The position numbers and the translations under genes are program-made. A stretch of DNA of 64,000 nt, from the NCBI RefSeq assembly GCF_037042905.1, contig NC_087245.1:24182001-24246000 (forward strand), given 5' to 3'. Positions 37,175-49,301 of this stretch are shown here, in pieces (the stretch's first letter is position 1; each line of letters starts with the position of its first letter). The DNA comes from Lytechinus pictus. Its lineage: Eukaryota. The notes beneath the pieces were generated by a model. The model was given only the letters and a program-made list of their open reading frames with translations. It searched no databases and had not been told where the DNA came from.

Positions 37175-38359
37175 TTAAATTTAATAGTTGAATTATTGTT
37201 AAATGATGTGTCTCCCTTGTTACAAAGAAGTTTCAGTAATTATTATCTTACACATTTAATCAATAGTCAATCCAATTTGTTTTTTCATTAATGGAAATGA
37301 ATAAATATTACTTTATATAATCAAATACAAAATAATGAAATTGCATCAGCTCGCACATTACATATTAATGGAGACGTGCATGGAACTGATTCACTGAAAT
37401 AACAAAATTGTTGAAACAATCTTAACATTTTAATTCTTGATCAAACTGCGATTGAATTTTCAGTGTTTGTCTGGTTTTACATTATCTGTTAAAATCTTTT
37501 TCAGCCCTGAGTTTCCCAATTAATATGTAAATTAGTTAACATCCATAGCACATTCATATGTGATCTACTTTTCTGTTTGATTCAGCGAGTCACTGAGTGG
37601 TAGGCAGTGTGCAGCTTGATGATGTCTTGCGTGGATGTGGGCTGAAACTATTCCCCAGAACAAGTGAAAATATCTGAATTGACGAAATGATTACCCAGAA
37701 CCCTTGTGGGTGCCACTTTTTACAGGCGGGTTCAAGGGGAGGGGGCAGTTGGTCACAGCCCCCCCCCCCCCCCTCGATTGGCAGCCAAAAAAAAGAAAGA
37801 AAAGATTACAGGAGAAAGAAAGAAGTGAATAAAATACAGGAGCAGTCTGGTAGCGAGGTGAATGTAGTACCAGTATCAAGAGTATTGGAACATGATGATG
37901 AACCCTTCACTTGCCAAACTAATCATCTGGGCGATCTGGCAGATCTCTGCTGCATGTGGTTCCTAAGAGTGTCCCTTAATTTTACAAGAAATTGTATTTG
38001 GAACAAACAAAAAAAATTCCAAGCACACTAACATTGGTATCAATAAAAGGCTTCTTTACAGCTTTTTCCCCCATTTGCTGAGTTGTAAAATATTATTACT
38101 GGAAATATGAAGACAAATTGAAAATGTTTTAGGAGAAAATGAGAAAAAATGCAATTTTCGCTAACGAAATATTTTGTCCATCTCTATTTCATAACCGTAT
38201 CAACTTAATAGTTTGGGTATGTTAAAAAAGTCCATAATTATGCAAAAAATATTCTCACATTTCGAGCTTTCAATCTCCAAAAAAAATTTTCATCTCGCAT
38301 TTCTTTGTTATAAAGCGGACTTAAATACTGTCATTTTTTACGTTCAGTTTTGCCCTTAA

Positions 38360-38753
38360 AGAGAAATTCCAGTATTTGCAGTAAACACTGATTTCATGAG
38401 AAGGTCTGTAAAACAAGGCTTAATTGTCAGTATATCATCGAGGATCTAGATCTGGTACGGTTACATAAACTGAACTTTGTAAAATCTTGAAATCTACGCT
38501 GAAAAATGTTCACACTGAAGATCACCAACACAGATAGGCACACGTGGGACAGTGTATTATTATTGCTAAAATAAAGACCCGACGGAAGTGACCGAATCCG
38601 CGCTTATTTTGCTTATTTCTCAGCAATTACACAATTTCTTCCAGAATCCTTTGGCACATATTTTTTATTCATATAAACAGACACTTTGGTGGTCATTATA
38701 TCAGATTCTGTAAAAAGTCATTTTTAGATCGTTACCAAAACTGGAATTTATCT
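38360..38753. mobile_element. TTAA-TSD MITE
   Basis: TTAA|AGAGAAATTCCAGT ... ACTGGAATTTATCT|TTAA. Confidence 0.7.
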
Positions 38754-40399
38754 TTAAACTATTTGATTAGTGAGAGTATCTTCTTCATGAGTTCCTATGA
38801 CCGGTCCTTTGTTTCAGGTAGGTAGGCCTACAATAAAAATGTTATCTCGCATTCCCATTCATGTAGCCCCTATGAAAATATTTTTGTTATTTCAGTATAA
38901 AAGTCAAAGCTAGAATACATCTTTTTTTTTTAATTAGCTTTTTTTTAATTAGCTCTTCGATAAGCTGATCGGGGATTGTGTGGATGAAGTATCAAGTAGG
39001 CCTATCACCCCGCCCCCCCCCCCCCCCTCTTACCCTAAGCTTTTTTTTTTTTTTTTTTCCGGAAAAGCCTTTGAATACAGACAGCCGTCGACAGATTATC
39101 GTCCTAGTTTGTGCTTGTAAAGTGTCGTTTAGTTGTGTCCACACCGTTTGTCCTATCTATATTCATGCCCCTTAACAATAAGACATAGGCCTATGGCTCT
39201 ATTTGTTCTATTCCTATAAAGGCCCCTCGAGCGGTTGGGCTGTTTCCCATAGGACGATTTCAAATTACTCATCCTTTACATGATTCACAAAACAGAGTGT
39301 CCCATAAATCTTTAATTTTTCCGTTCGCGCTTTGCGCTCGCATCAATTGTTTAGTTATAGACTTATACTTTTCACGATTACAAAAAGTGCTTAGAATTTC
39401 CATTTTTCAGGTAGAAATGTCAAACTTTTCGCATTATTTGAATGTTGAAATATATGTAGCGTTTTCATGGCTATTAACTGCATGCAGCCGTTAACAGACC
39501 CAATTTTGATCAGATCAAAACGTATATTACAAATTTCTGCTCGCGCTTTGCACTCTCAGTAATTATTCAGTTGGATACACATCTCGTTTATGATCACAAC
39601 ATTGCCCAGAATATTTACATTTTAGGACAACATAAAAGAAAAAAATAGCTCGCACTTTTTAAATAAGGCTTATGAGATTAATATATTCATGTTGATTTAA
39701 TATAAGAAAGCTTAGAAGTGGCTATTAGGACTACCCCTTCAAAGAAACAAAACAAAAATAAACTTCGAGCGGATCGGGGAAAACGTGGCTGAAAAAAAAA
39801 TCCGCCCCCTCCCTAATGGCGAAGGATGGATCTGCCCAGCCAGGTTGGCAAGCAATAATAATATAAATGAATAAATAAAAAAAAAACTGAATAGGAGCAA
39901 TAGGTCTAATCTTTTTTTTTGCTTGTCAAAATTTTTCCTCGCCAAATTAGGTCCATAATCATTGATTTTTTTTCTGGGGGGTGTCATTTTTTTTAAATCT
40001 GAAATAAAACTACTGAAAACCTTAGTTTAAAAAATCGTTCCGAATTACACATGTCAGTTGACATACCCAATGAACTGAAGAAGTCTAATCGGTTAACATA
40101 ACATTTATTACTAGTAGTTGAGAATTAAATGTCGGATGATATCCTATGCGTATAAAGGGCAGTTATTAACCCACCAACTTTTATAGGTCCAATAAATTTT
40201 TTTAAGAAAAAAAAAGCCTCATTAAAGTTAGCTAGCTAGCTGGCAATTTAATCATCCATTTTTTTTTAGACATAATTCTCTCCTTGAATTGATTTACAGT
40301 ACCACAGTTTGACTAGCCAGGAGGTAAAAATCATTCACGTAGGCCCTACCTGTATGCTAGTAGTAGTACTTTACTCTCGAGGAGCTAGGACTACCAGGA

Positions 40400-40556
40400 G
40401 GCAGGAGCCTCTGACCCCGCCCATTTCCTGATCGCATCGGAGTACCGGTACCGTACGTACCAGATAAGTGACACTGACACTATTTCGTTGTTTTAAAAAC
40501 CAGAGGATATTTGAATAATGAGCAGGCTCTTAGACGAGACATGTGATGATGTGAGT
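40400..40556 (+). promoter_or_regulatory. Candidate promoter and non-coding first exon of the mucin-like gene
   Basis: GC-box plus ETS-like CCCCGCCCATTTCCTG at ~40415 in non-repetitive sequence, and a donor-like GAT|GTGAGT at ~40551. The next acceptor is at 46174. Confidence 0.35.
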
Positions 40557-40826
40557 TTGCCTGTATCGCCTTGTTTTCCTTTTGCTTTTTGCCAATCTGT
40601 TGGTTAGAAATTAGAATGCATTTTATGGAGATTAGGCCTAGTAGTAGTGCTATTTTTTTTTTATACAGGCCCATATATTGACAAACGTGTGCTCGGTTTT
40701 CGGTAGCGGGGCTCAAGCGGGTGCGGGCTCAAGTCGATTACTCGCCATGGCTCATGCTCGCAGTAGAAAATGCATACTCGTACTCCAGTGCATTTTGAGT
40801 CTGTTTCTAATTCTGAGTGTTGAGGT

Positions 40827-43268
40827 CAGGGTGACCAGATTTCACAAAATGAAGTACTGGTAGGGTGTCTGAAGCCACACTGAAAAGTGTCAGCATAAAA
40901 CAGCCTGATTTAGCTTAGGGGAAAATATGGCACATATTTTGGGGGAAGTTCAGGCTACTACAAAAAACAACTAGAAAAATGTGATCTGAATTGATTATTA
41001 ACTTGTGTTTGGGCCTTGGCATGTATGGAAAGAGAAAATTCAGGGGCTTCTTTTGACAGTAAGGACAGGCGCGTAGCCAGGGGGGGGGGCGGTGGGGGCG
41101 GTCGCCCCCCCAAAAACGTCCCCAAAAAGAAAAAAAAAAGAAGGGAAAAAAGAGAGGAGAAAAGGAAAAGGGAAGGGAGGAAAGGGAAGAAAGGTAGCTT
41201 TGTGGGTTTTTTTTTATTCTTTATTTTTTTTTCTTAAAAGAGAAACTCCTTCACTCTTGCTCTAAATTTATATATGAATTTTGCTTCCGCGCTGCGCGCG
41301 GTGAAATGACAATATTGAAGTTCTCCATTGTTTCCCCCACCCTTTCTCTAACCCTGTTTTTCCACCTCAACTATATGTGTTTCTTGGCAGTTAAAGTTCA
41401 AATGTACACATTAGGGCATGGAATTAGAGTAAGATTAGGCCGAAGTATATGAAGTTATCTTTTTTTTTTAATTGATCGCGCAACTTATGGCCGGGTCGGC
41501 TCCAGGCGGGTAAAATCTTTATATCAATTTTTGCCGTCACCTCCATAAAGTCAATTTTTCCCGCTTTTCAGCTCATTGCTAAACAACCATAATTTTGGGG
41601 CAAACAGGTTCCTGCTTTAAAAAGAGGAAGGTATAAAATTTGTGCGTATCAAATAAAAAAGTACAATATTTTTTATCAAATTCAATTAAACTTCATGTCA
41701 TTTCCCTGCACATTCATCTCCTGTCCTGTTTTGCGCCCTCAGTTTGAAATTTTGAATGACACTTAAGTTTCTTTATAATCCATAGTGAAGCGCTTCAGGA
41801 TAAGTCAAAGAAATTAGGCATCCTTTTTTTATATAATTTCAATAAATCACAGAAGTTTTAACTTTTTGCGCACTATTTTCCTTGTAATGAAGTTCAATAA
41901 TCTTGGAAAATCAATTGAATTAGAGCCGATGGGGAATTAGAGATATCTGCATTTGATGAAACGTCTGCCCTTTGAATTTTCAGAGTTTCATTGCTCTGCG
42001 CGGGGAGGAATATCTTCCTCCCGGCATATACACTTCTTCTCCTCTGTTTTGCGAGTTAAAGATATGCGCTGTCGCTAAATTGTTTGTAATCAAATCTGAT
42101 CTTTCCAAGGAAGTATTCAATGTATTTTTGAGAATACCCTTTTCTCTGGACTCTTTTCATGGCAAAAAATTGATAAAACGCTTTAGCTTCCACGCTTCGT
42201 GCGGGGTTATTATCATTTTAATTTCCTCCATTGTATTCCTTTTTGTGCGTTCACAATCACTTTTGAAAACAAGGTTCATGAAAACAAGGTTCAAAATCAC
42301 AATATAGTCAACTAAATTGGAGCTGATATAGGTACTAGAGACAAGAGAGACGGCTCCTTTTCATTTTAATTTATGAAAAACCAAAAGCTTCGCGCTTTGC
42401 AAGGGAGGGGGAAACTCCCCCTCCCTGCACCCACCCCCTAGGGAGCGCGCTTCGCGCGCTCTGTAAGTGTTGGCACGCTTTGCGTGCATTTACCGCCCCC
42501 TCCAAAATGAAATCCTGGCTACGCGGTTGAGTAAGGACAAGTTTATATGATCATTTTACATAAGGATTTAGAGATAAATTGCAAACCCTAATTTTTTTGT
42601 GTGTTGAGATTGCCATTTCTCCATGCGTTTTCTATGGGAAAATGAAATTTCTGTTTTGCACAATTTTTTTCACTTTGTCGCAATTTTTCATTGTGATCTG
42701 GTTTCCAAATCTTTATAAAAATCATACCATCAGATAGAGCATAAAAAATCCTATTGGACTCTTTATGGACAAGTTTTTGGCATTAATAATAAATTTATAA
42801 CAGCTCTCGGAAGCTAAAAATTTGGATTTGTGTTTGTCCAATTCTTAACTTCACAGTCTGGCAGAGAAATGCTGAAAATTGACCTAATTTCTTTCTTCTT
42901 TTTTGCAGCCAATAATTTGATTTTTTTCAAAAATGTTACATTTCTGTCAGTCTGAAGGTCATTTCTCTTCAAAATCACAAAGAAAATGTGATATTTTCTT
43001 GAAATAAGAAAAATAATTTTTTTCTCCAGACACCATAGTACTGGACATTGGGAGTTTACAGTTATCGATTTTATTGTTGTCTCTGCTTCGTCATCTGTTG
43101 GTTATTTAATGAAAATTTGTCACTTTTAAATGTTTTAACTATATTTTGTTCAATATTCTGAAATATGGGACAAACAGGCGTTCCGTTCCGGGAAGGGTTT
43201 GTCGGGACGCCGGGATAAAAAAAAAATACGGGACGATCCCTGGAAATATGGGACGTCTGGTCACCCTG
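40827..43268. mobile_element. Triple-nested hAT-like elements (40827-43268 > 40861-43037 > 41066-42529)
   Basis: Outer CAGGGTGACCAGA/TCTGGTCACCCTG; middle TAGGGTGTCTG/CAGACACCATA with GTACTGG duplicated; inner CAGGCGCGTAGCCAGG/CCTGGCTACGCGGTTG with TSD AGTAAGGA. Confidence 0.7.
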
Positions 43269-44188
43269 GTCAGCTGGTTGAGGTACTGGCAACTCCTCCT
43301 TTATGATGCAATGCAACACTAAAGATCGTGTTGCACAACCTTTGATACCAATGATATGGTCCAGATGCTGTCACATTCCAACTTAGTTAAGTTAGGGCCT
43401 AATGTTAGTTATTACAATTAAAATGTTAGGCCTAGAATCTAGTCCTAGATCTAACAAAGTGACAAAAGTTAGGTCTAACTTAGTATAAAGTAAGTCTCAA
43501 CTTCAACGAGGATACTCAAATTATAAAATGGTACCTATGTCATGTATGTGCTGCACCCAAAAAACAAAATCGGGGGCTCTAAGAAACGTTAGAACGAAAC
43601 TTTGGTCTTGACTTAAATATGGGGGTCTCTGGAACTGCTCTAGACGTATCAACGGTTGATAAAATTTAAATGCAATGCTCTGAGCTCTGGAACGGCATAA
43701 ATTCTATATTCAAGAGCATTGCATGAAATTGGTTATTATGTTTCTGCATGATGAACCAGTCAGCGGCCTCTGAATCGTTGTGCAGAGCTTTGCCTTTGGC
43801 TGTCATTGAACGTAGTCAAATCACAAATTTGAGGGTCTCCGGAACAGTGAAAAATATGAATTGCTACATGGCTATTTAAATTGGTGATGCTCTGGAAACG
43901 AGATTTAGGCTGAAAATGGGGGTCTCAACCGCAGCACAGACATACATGTACTTTTGTATTAAGTTAATTAATCAGTAGAGCTATAAGATTAATGCTGATT
44001 TCTAGTTCATATGTTCAAGGAGGAGTAGATGAAAAACATGGGTTGTCTTGTTTTACAGAATTCTTTTTTTTTTCAATTCAATTCATTTTATTTGGCATTA
44101 TAATGAAAACAATGCAAAGGAAATCTAGTAACTGTAGTATAATAAGGCCATCAGTTGCAGTTACATGCTTCATGAACTCGCCCCACAT

Positions 44189-44755
44189 CCCGGGGGGGGG
44201 GGGGGGGGGGCACTTCCATTGACAAGTGGATACCATGCGCGACCATGGGGTCTCGAAAAGCACCCTAAACACGTATTTTCCATTTTCTGAAAACGCACCC
44301 CTTAACAAGTATTGGCATGTGAAACCCTACCCTTAACAAGTATTGGAAACAAAACGATACTCTTGGCAAGTATTCCCTGAAATGAAACCCTAAACAAGTA
44401 CAGGAATATTTTATTGTTATGTCACGTGTCCGTCGGTTGTCGGTTACACATCTGGTTTAGTACGACCCCACCTTCCACAACTCGCGCAAATCGGACTCTA
44501 AACACGTAGTGTTAGGGCAAAAAGGACATCCTTTATGAAACATTTTAATTTTGTTTTATCATCCCCGCAAATTTGACCCTAAAGTTGTAGCTTTCCTAGC
44601 GAAATAGATCCCCTTTTTTCATTATTTTTGTGTTTTTGACACCCTTAACACGTTACGTAACGTGCCCTATCTTGAAAAAGACATCCTTTTTACGTGTTTT
44701 TTGGTCACGCATGGTATCCACTCATCAATGTAAGTGGCCCCCCCCCCCCCCCGGG
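44189..44755. mobile_element. CCCGGG-ended MITE, TSD CCCCACAT (reverse orientation to 1837)
   Basis: Reverse complement of 1837-2385; exact 8-bp TSD. Confidence 0.8.
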
Positions 44756-46242
44756 CCCCACATAAAGGTTGGGTTACGCTTTTTCAGATTTTCGTTCGGT
44801 TCAACATACGATATTTCGAATGAACGGGGAGATATTGTCATAAAATTGGTGTCATCTTAAAGTTGAATATATACTCTATAACTAAGGTCTGTAAAAATGA
44901 GCGCAATAGCACATGAATTGTGACACCATGATTGACAGAATGGAAGAGGGGGAGGAAGTGGTCAACAAAGTATACCCGGGAGAGACACATTTCATACTTA
45001 AAACGTGAATGACTTTGGTATACAGGGGGTTGAAGACTTAATTTTGATCTCATTTTAAAGCATGAGGTTTAGTAGTATAATAATCCAACATTATTCACAA
45101 TTTATTTCAATTAATTCATTATATTAAACAAAAACCCTCAAACTCATTAAATAAAATAGCCAAATATTCTCACAAAGGAACACATTATGATGTAATTTTT
45201 CGGCCTAATGGATTGTCATGCATTGGTGTAAGAAAGCTTGGCATTAGCTTTATCAGGGTTCATAGTATACTATAGGCTTATATGCAAACATATATGCAAC
45301 TCTGCACTCGATGTAAAGAATAAAACAAGGGTAATGAGATATGGTTGAAGGCATTACATGTGACTATGGGATTGTGGGTTTGTACTACACATGCAAAACT
45401 TTGGTTTTCCAGGGGCTAAACCTTTGATTTTGGTCTCATTTTACAGGTATATACAACAGGTATGGTGAAACACATCGTAGAATCATTAATTATTATTTGT
45501 TTGAAATTTTAAGTAATTTATTTTATTTTTTATTAATTTTAAAATTTGCATATCAAAATTACCTTTATGAAATGAATGAATCCCTTTATATCTGAAAAGA
45601 AATTTCATGAACAATCCAAATATGGTTACAATTAATTAATGGTAGGGGCAAAGAAAAAAAAATATGGACGTTTGAATTGAAGTATATTTGGGGTCCTAAA
45701 ATTTTCACTCATAAGATGTGAGTTCACCCTATCTCATTTTTAATGCCAATTTTGGAATCATGAAAATTCCTTTCAGAAAAAGTATACTTTTGTATGGATG
45801 TACAGGAGATATTTTTGAAGTTATGACCATTTTTATGCTGAAGGGTACGCGATCATTGGATTTCAGTGACACAAATGGGACGAGTTCAAGACACATGGCT
45901 ATACCAAACTTAAAGTGAAACCATGCGAATTGTTTTCTTATACTGCCCATGTTGTACATCTCTGCATTTTAAGCAAATTAAAATGCTGTTAGATCTATTT
46001 CATATTCCATTTCTTCATTGAATTTTCAGTATTATTGTTGTTGCTTTATTGACTTCTTGACCTTCAAGTATCATATCAAAATCTTGGGAAATGTGTTCAT
46101 GTGTGGTCAGTTATCATTTACCATCATTCAAATCCTTGCCTGCAAGTAATGTCACCAATCTTCATCCCTTCCAGATGTTCATCCAACAATAGCACTGTGT
46201 TCTCTACTGAGATGAAGAAGCGTTGCATTAAGTCAGCTCAAG

Positions 46243-49200
46243 ATGGCATTGCTTACATGGACATTGTTTCCAAGGCAAACGTCTGGCAGTGTTTTCAGAT
46301 GCCAAAGGGTGCAAGGGTTCAGTATTTGTAAGTTTATTTTAAAATTCATGTACATTCCGTTTCAAGTAGTTACATGTAGATACATATATCTACATGAATG
46401 CAGGGAAGACCGCGTTCAGCTGCAAAATTAAATCATATCCCTTTTGCTTAAATAAGTTTTCAAGATTACAATGTATGGTTTGGCAAAGGGTATGAAGACT
46501 GGATATATTTTGAATGTTCAATTATGGCTTTGATGCAAGGAAAGCCCCAAATTATTCACTAATGTTTGGAATGTGCTACTATACATACATGTGCCAAAAA
46601 GGTGAAAGTACAATGTTTTTATGTTCTATTTCACAAATAAGGATGAATTTCTGTAGATAAAAGAATCCAATTCATTCTTAAAATATTTTTACAAATAGAT
46701 GAAGTCCAGTTTTCTATTTTCTAAAAAGACAATTCTTTGTTCAAATTTTTCTTATGAGAGATCAAGTTTCTTTAAAATGCTATGAATTCATTATTCTATT
46801 ATTTTTGTGTGTGTGTTTTTTATACACAGCATGGAAAATTGGGGACTTACTTAATTCTAGATGTCACAGTACAGTGTGTTTTGGAAGTCAGTCTTTTACC
46901 ACTTACATGTACTTTCACTTGGTGTTAACTTTACTTTGGAATTTCCATGTTAAGCATTATACCAAGTATCACTGTAATGAGTGATTATTTTTGTATTCAT
47001 CTGCAGATCTGTTGATGCTGCTGGCTAACATTACGCAGACGGACAGCAACAACGTGACTACATCTATGGAGTTTGAGTACACCACTATATTCATTACTAA
47101 TTCCACCATAGAAATGTTCATTCCATCTACATCTATAACAGCAAGTACATTGTCATCACAACCGTCATCCTCGGTGGAATCTTCTTTCGATGTGGCGCCC
47201 TCTACAGCCCTATACCCATCTCCTACTCCATCAGGAATATCTCAAATATGGACTAGTGATGTCACTACATATACTGAAATGACTTCTGATCTTGTTTCCA
47301 TAATAAATCCTACAATAATGACATCACCAGTAACTCCTATGTCAAGGACATCTACATTATCACAAAGTTTGGTGAGTCCGATAGCATCGCACACTGTGAT
47401 TTCAACGGAAGAGGTGCGTGTGACATCATCCATACTGGAATATTTCTCACCATCTTTCACGGAGTTCTCATCTTCACCATCCTCTTCATTGGGTACATCA
47501 TTTATAAAGTCAATTCCAACAGAATCGATGCCACCATCTGTTCCCATGCCAACAACTTTTCCAGTCTTATCATTATCATCATCATTGTCATCATCACCTT
47601 CATCACAATCACTGTTCCCATCTTCCTTTCCATCATCTTACATGGCATCACCATCTTCCAACTCAGTAAATGAAGTTTTACCATCATCAAGTGCTGCATT
47701 TACCACAACTCAGTCCCTCAGTTCAACTCACATTGTTCCTACCACATCACCTCCAGTGGACCCTCCCACCCAACTTCCTCTAACCACAGCTGGACCAGAC
47801 CAACTCTCCATCCTACAATGGTTCGGCATTGCGGTAGGAGGGGCTGCAGTATTGTTCATTTTCTGTGAGTATTGACTTAGTTTTACCTACTGCTTGAGAT
47901 CTTTGAGTTCTTGTCAGAGTTAAATCTTTCCCTAGCCTAGATACCTCTAAAGTATTGTAGTTAAAGCAGAATATAAACAATGATTTTCAGTAATTACACA
48001 ATTTTATGGAAAGTTTCTTTATAGATCATACACCTTAGTTTTTGTCAATAGAAGCATGGTAAAATTTGACACTTGAAAAGGCTTGAATAGTGTATAGTGG
48101 AAACAGAAAAGATTTCAAATTGTAGTAGAGAGAATAAATTTTTGGTGATGTAATATTTTAAAGATTATTATTTGGTATCTTTAAATGTGTGTGCTTGTAA
48201 TGATGCCATGACTGAGTATAAATCTTTTTTATTTTGTGTTCCAGTTCTGCTCTTCCATTGCTACCAACTCAGGCAACGTGCCATTAGGAAACAAAAGAAA
48301 GAGATGAAGAAGGAAATATTAGATTTCTCACAGAGTAATCGGAACGACCGCATCAGCTCATGGAGGAACAGCCTGGCATTGGATGCCATGGCAACACATA
48401 TAGAACTTCCTCATGTAAGTTCAAATGGAATCATCTGGGCAAGACAATTTTGACTTGTCAGTTGTACTTCAGGGCAGTGTTTCACAAATTCTCCTGTCAG
48501 TGATTATCACAAAGAAATCGGCTCTCAGCCAATCAGATACAAGGATTTTGAAAGCTTGTTCAGCTTTTTCGTGGCAATATCCGATATTAAGATGCTTCAA
48601 ATGACCCCATGGGATGTTGCCTAAATACTGTATGTGTCATATATTTGAGACTGATTTTTTTTTTCCACAGACTTCAAATGGGATGTCCTATGTGTTTGAT
48701 GAATCCTTACAGCTTGTTTGATCAAGAATACATTATGAAGTGGTTTCACTATTAAAAAAAAAATACACATAGATTGAATTTTAACATATCTGCTATAAAC
48801 AGTGGTAGCATTGATTAAGGGGATAATTTTAACACTAATGAGCAATACAAAAAGCTTAAAAAAGATAAAGATATGAAGGTGAAATAAAAAGGTTTTGGTT
48901 TGGTCTGCTCTCTATTCCAAAACTACAGGGTTGGGATTTTCAAGTATTAATGTGGAGATTTTATCAAGGTTACAATAAACTTTTTTTTTTAGGTTGAAAG
49001 CACTTTCAACATATTAGTGGTCAATTGAACTTACTATTTTTTAAAAGTCATTTCTAATCAATATAAACTTGAGTTTGGATTCTCTGGATAGCAGGTGAAC
49101 CCTTGGCTATTAGAAAATAACTATTTTACTCCCTATGTTGAGTTAGAATTTAAGAGATGATGCAAGGCCTTTACTGTTGTTGTATTGCAGGAAGATAGTA

Positions 49201-49301
49201 TGGACATGCAAGCCATGGACAATCTTGGATTTGAGGAAGTGTTCTTAGGGGATGAACCAAAGTCAAACAACAACTATTTCCTACCACAGACCAACTTGTG
49301 A
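46243..49301 (+). CDS. Uncharacterised type I single-pass mucin-like (Ser/Thr/Pro-rich) membrane protein, join(46243..46327,47007..47864,48245..48414,49191..49301), ~407 aa
   Basis: Four exons with GT..AG boundaries and compatible phases (1,1,0). Domain order: N-terminal hydrophobic stretch FSIYLLMLLA, ~250-aa S/T/P-rich ectodomain, TM segment ILQWFGIAVGGAAVLFIFFLLFHCY, basic stop-transfer RQRAIRKQKK, tail ending ...DNLGFEEV...LPQTNL*. The first coding exon and start codon are less certain. Confidence 0.78.
47007..47864 (+). CDS. Mucin-like ectodomain plus start of TM, exon of the uncharacterised membrane protein
   Basis: ctgcag|ATCTG...TTCT|gtgagt within ORF 46991..47875; strongly S/T/P-rich. 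Confidence 0.85.
48245..48414 (+). CDS. End of TM and juxtamembrane exon of the uncharacterised membrane protein
   Basis: ttccag|TTCTG...CCTCAT|gtaagt; in frame with the previous exon. Confidence 0.82.
49191..49301 (+). CDS. Last coding exon of the uncharacterised membrane protein
   Basis: ttgcag|GAAGAT...TTGTGA; encodes EDSMDMQAMDNLGFEEVFLGDEPKSNNNYFLPQTNL*. Confidence 0.78.
   Translation, partial: EDSMDMQAMDNLGFEEVFLGDEPKSNNNYFLPQTNL

Noticed and set aside
47242..47699. Minus-strand ORFs overlapping the mucin exon
   Set aside because: Antisense shadows of a TCA/ACA-rich coding exon
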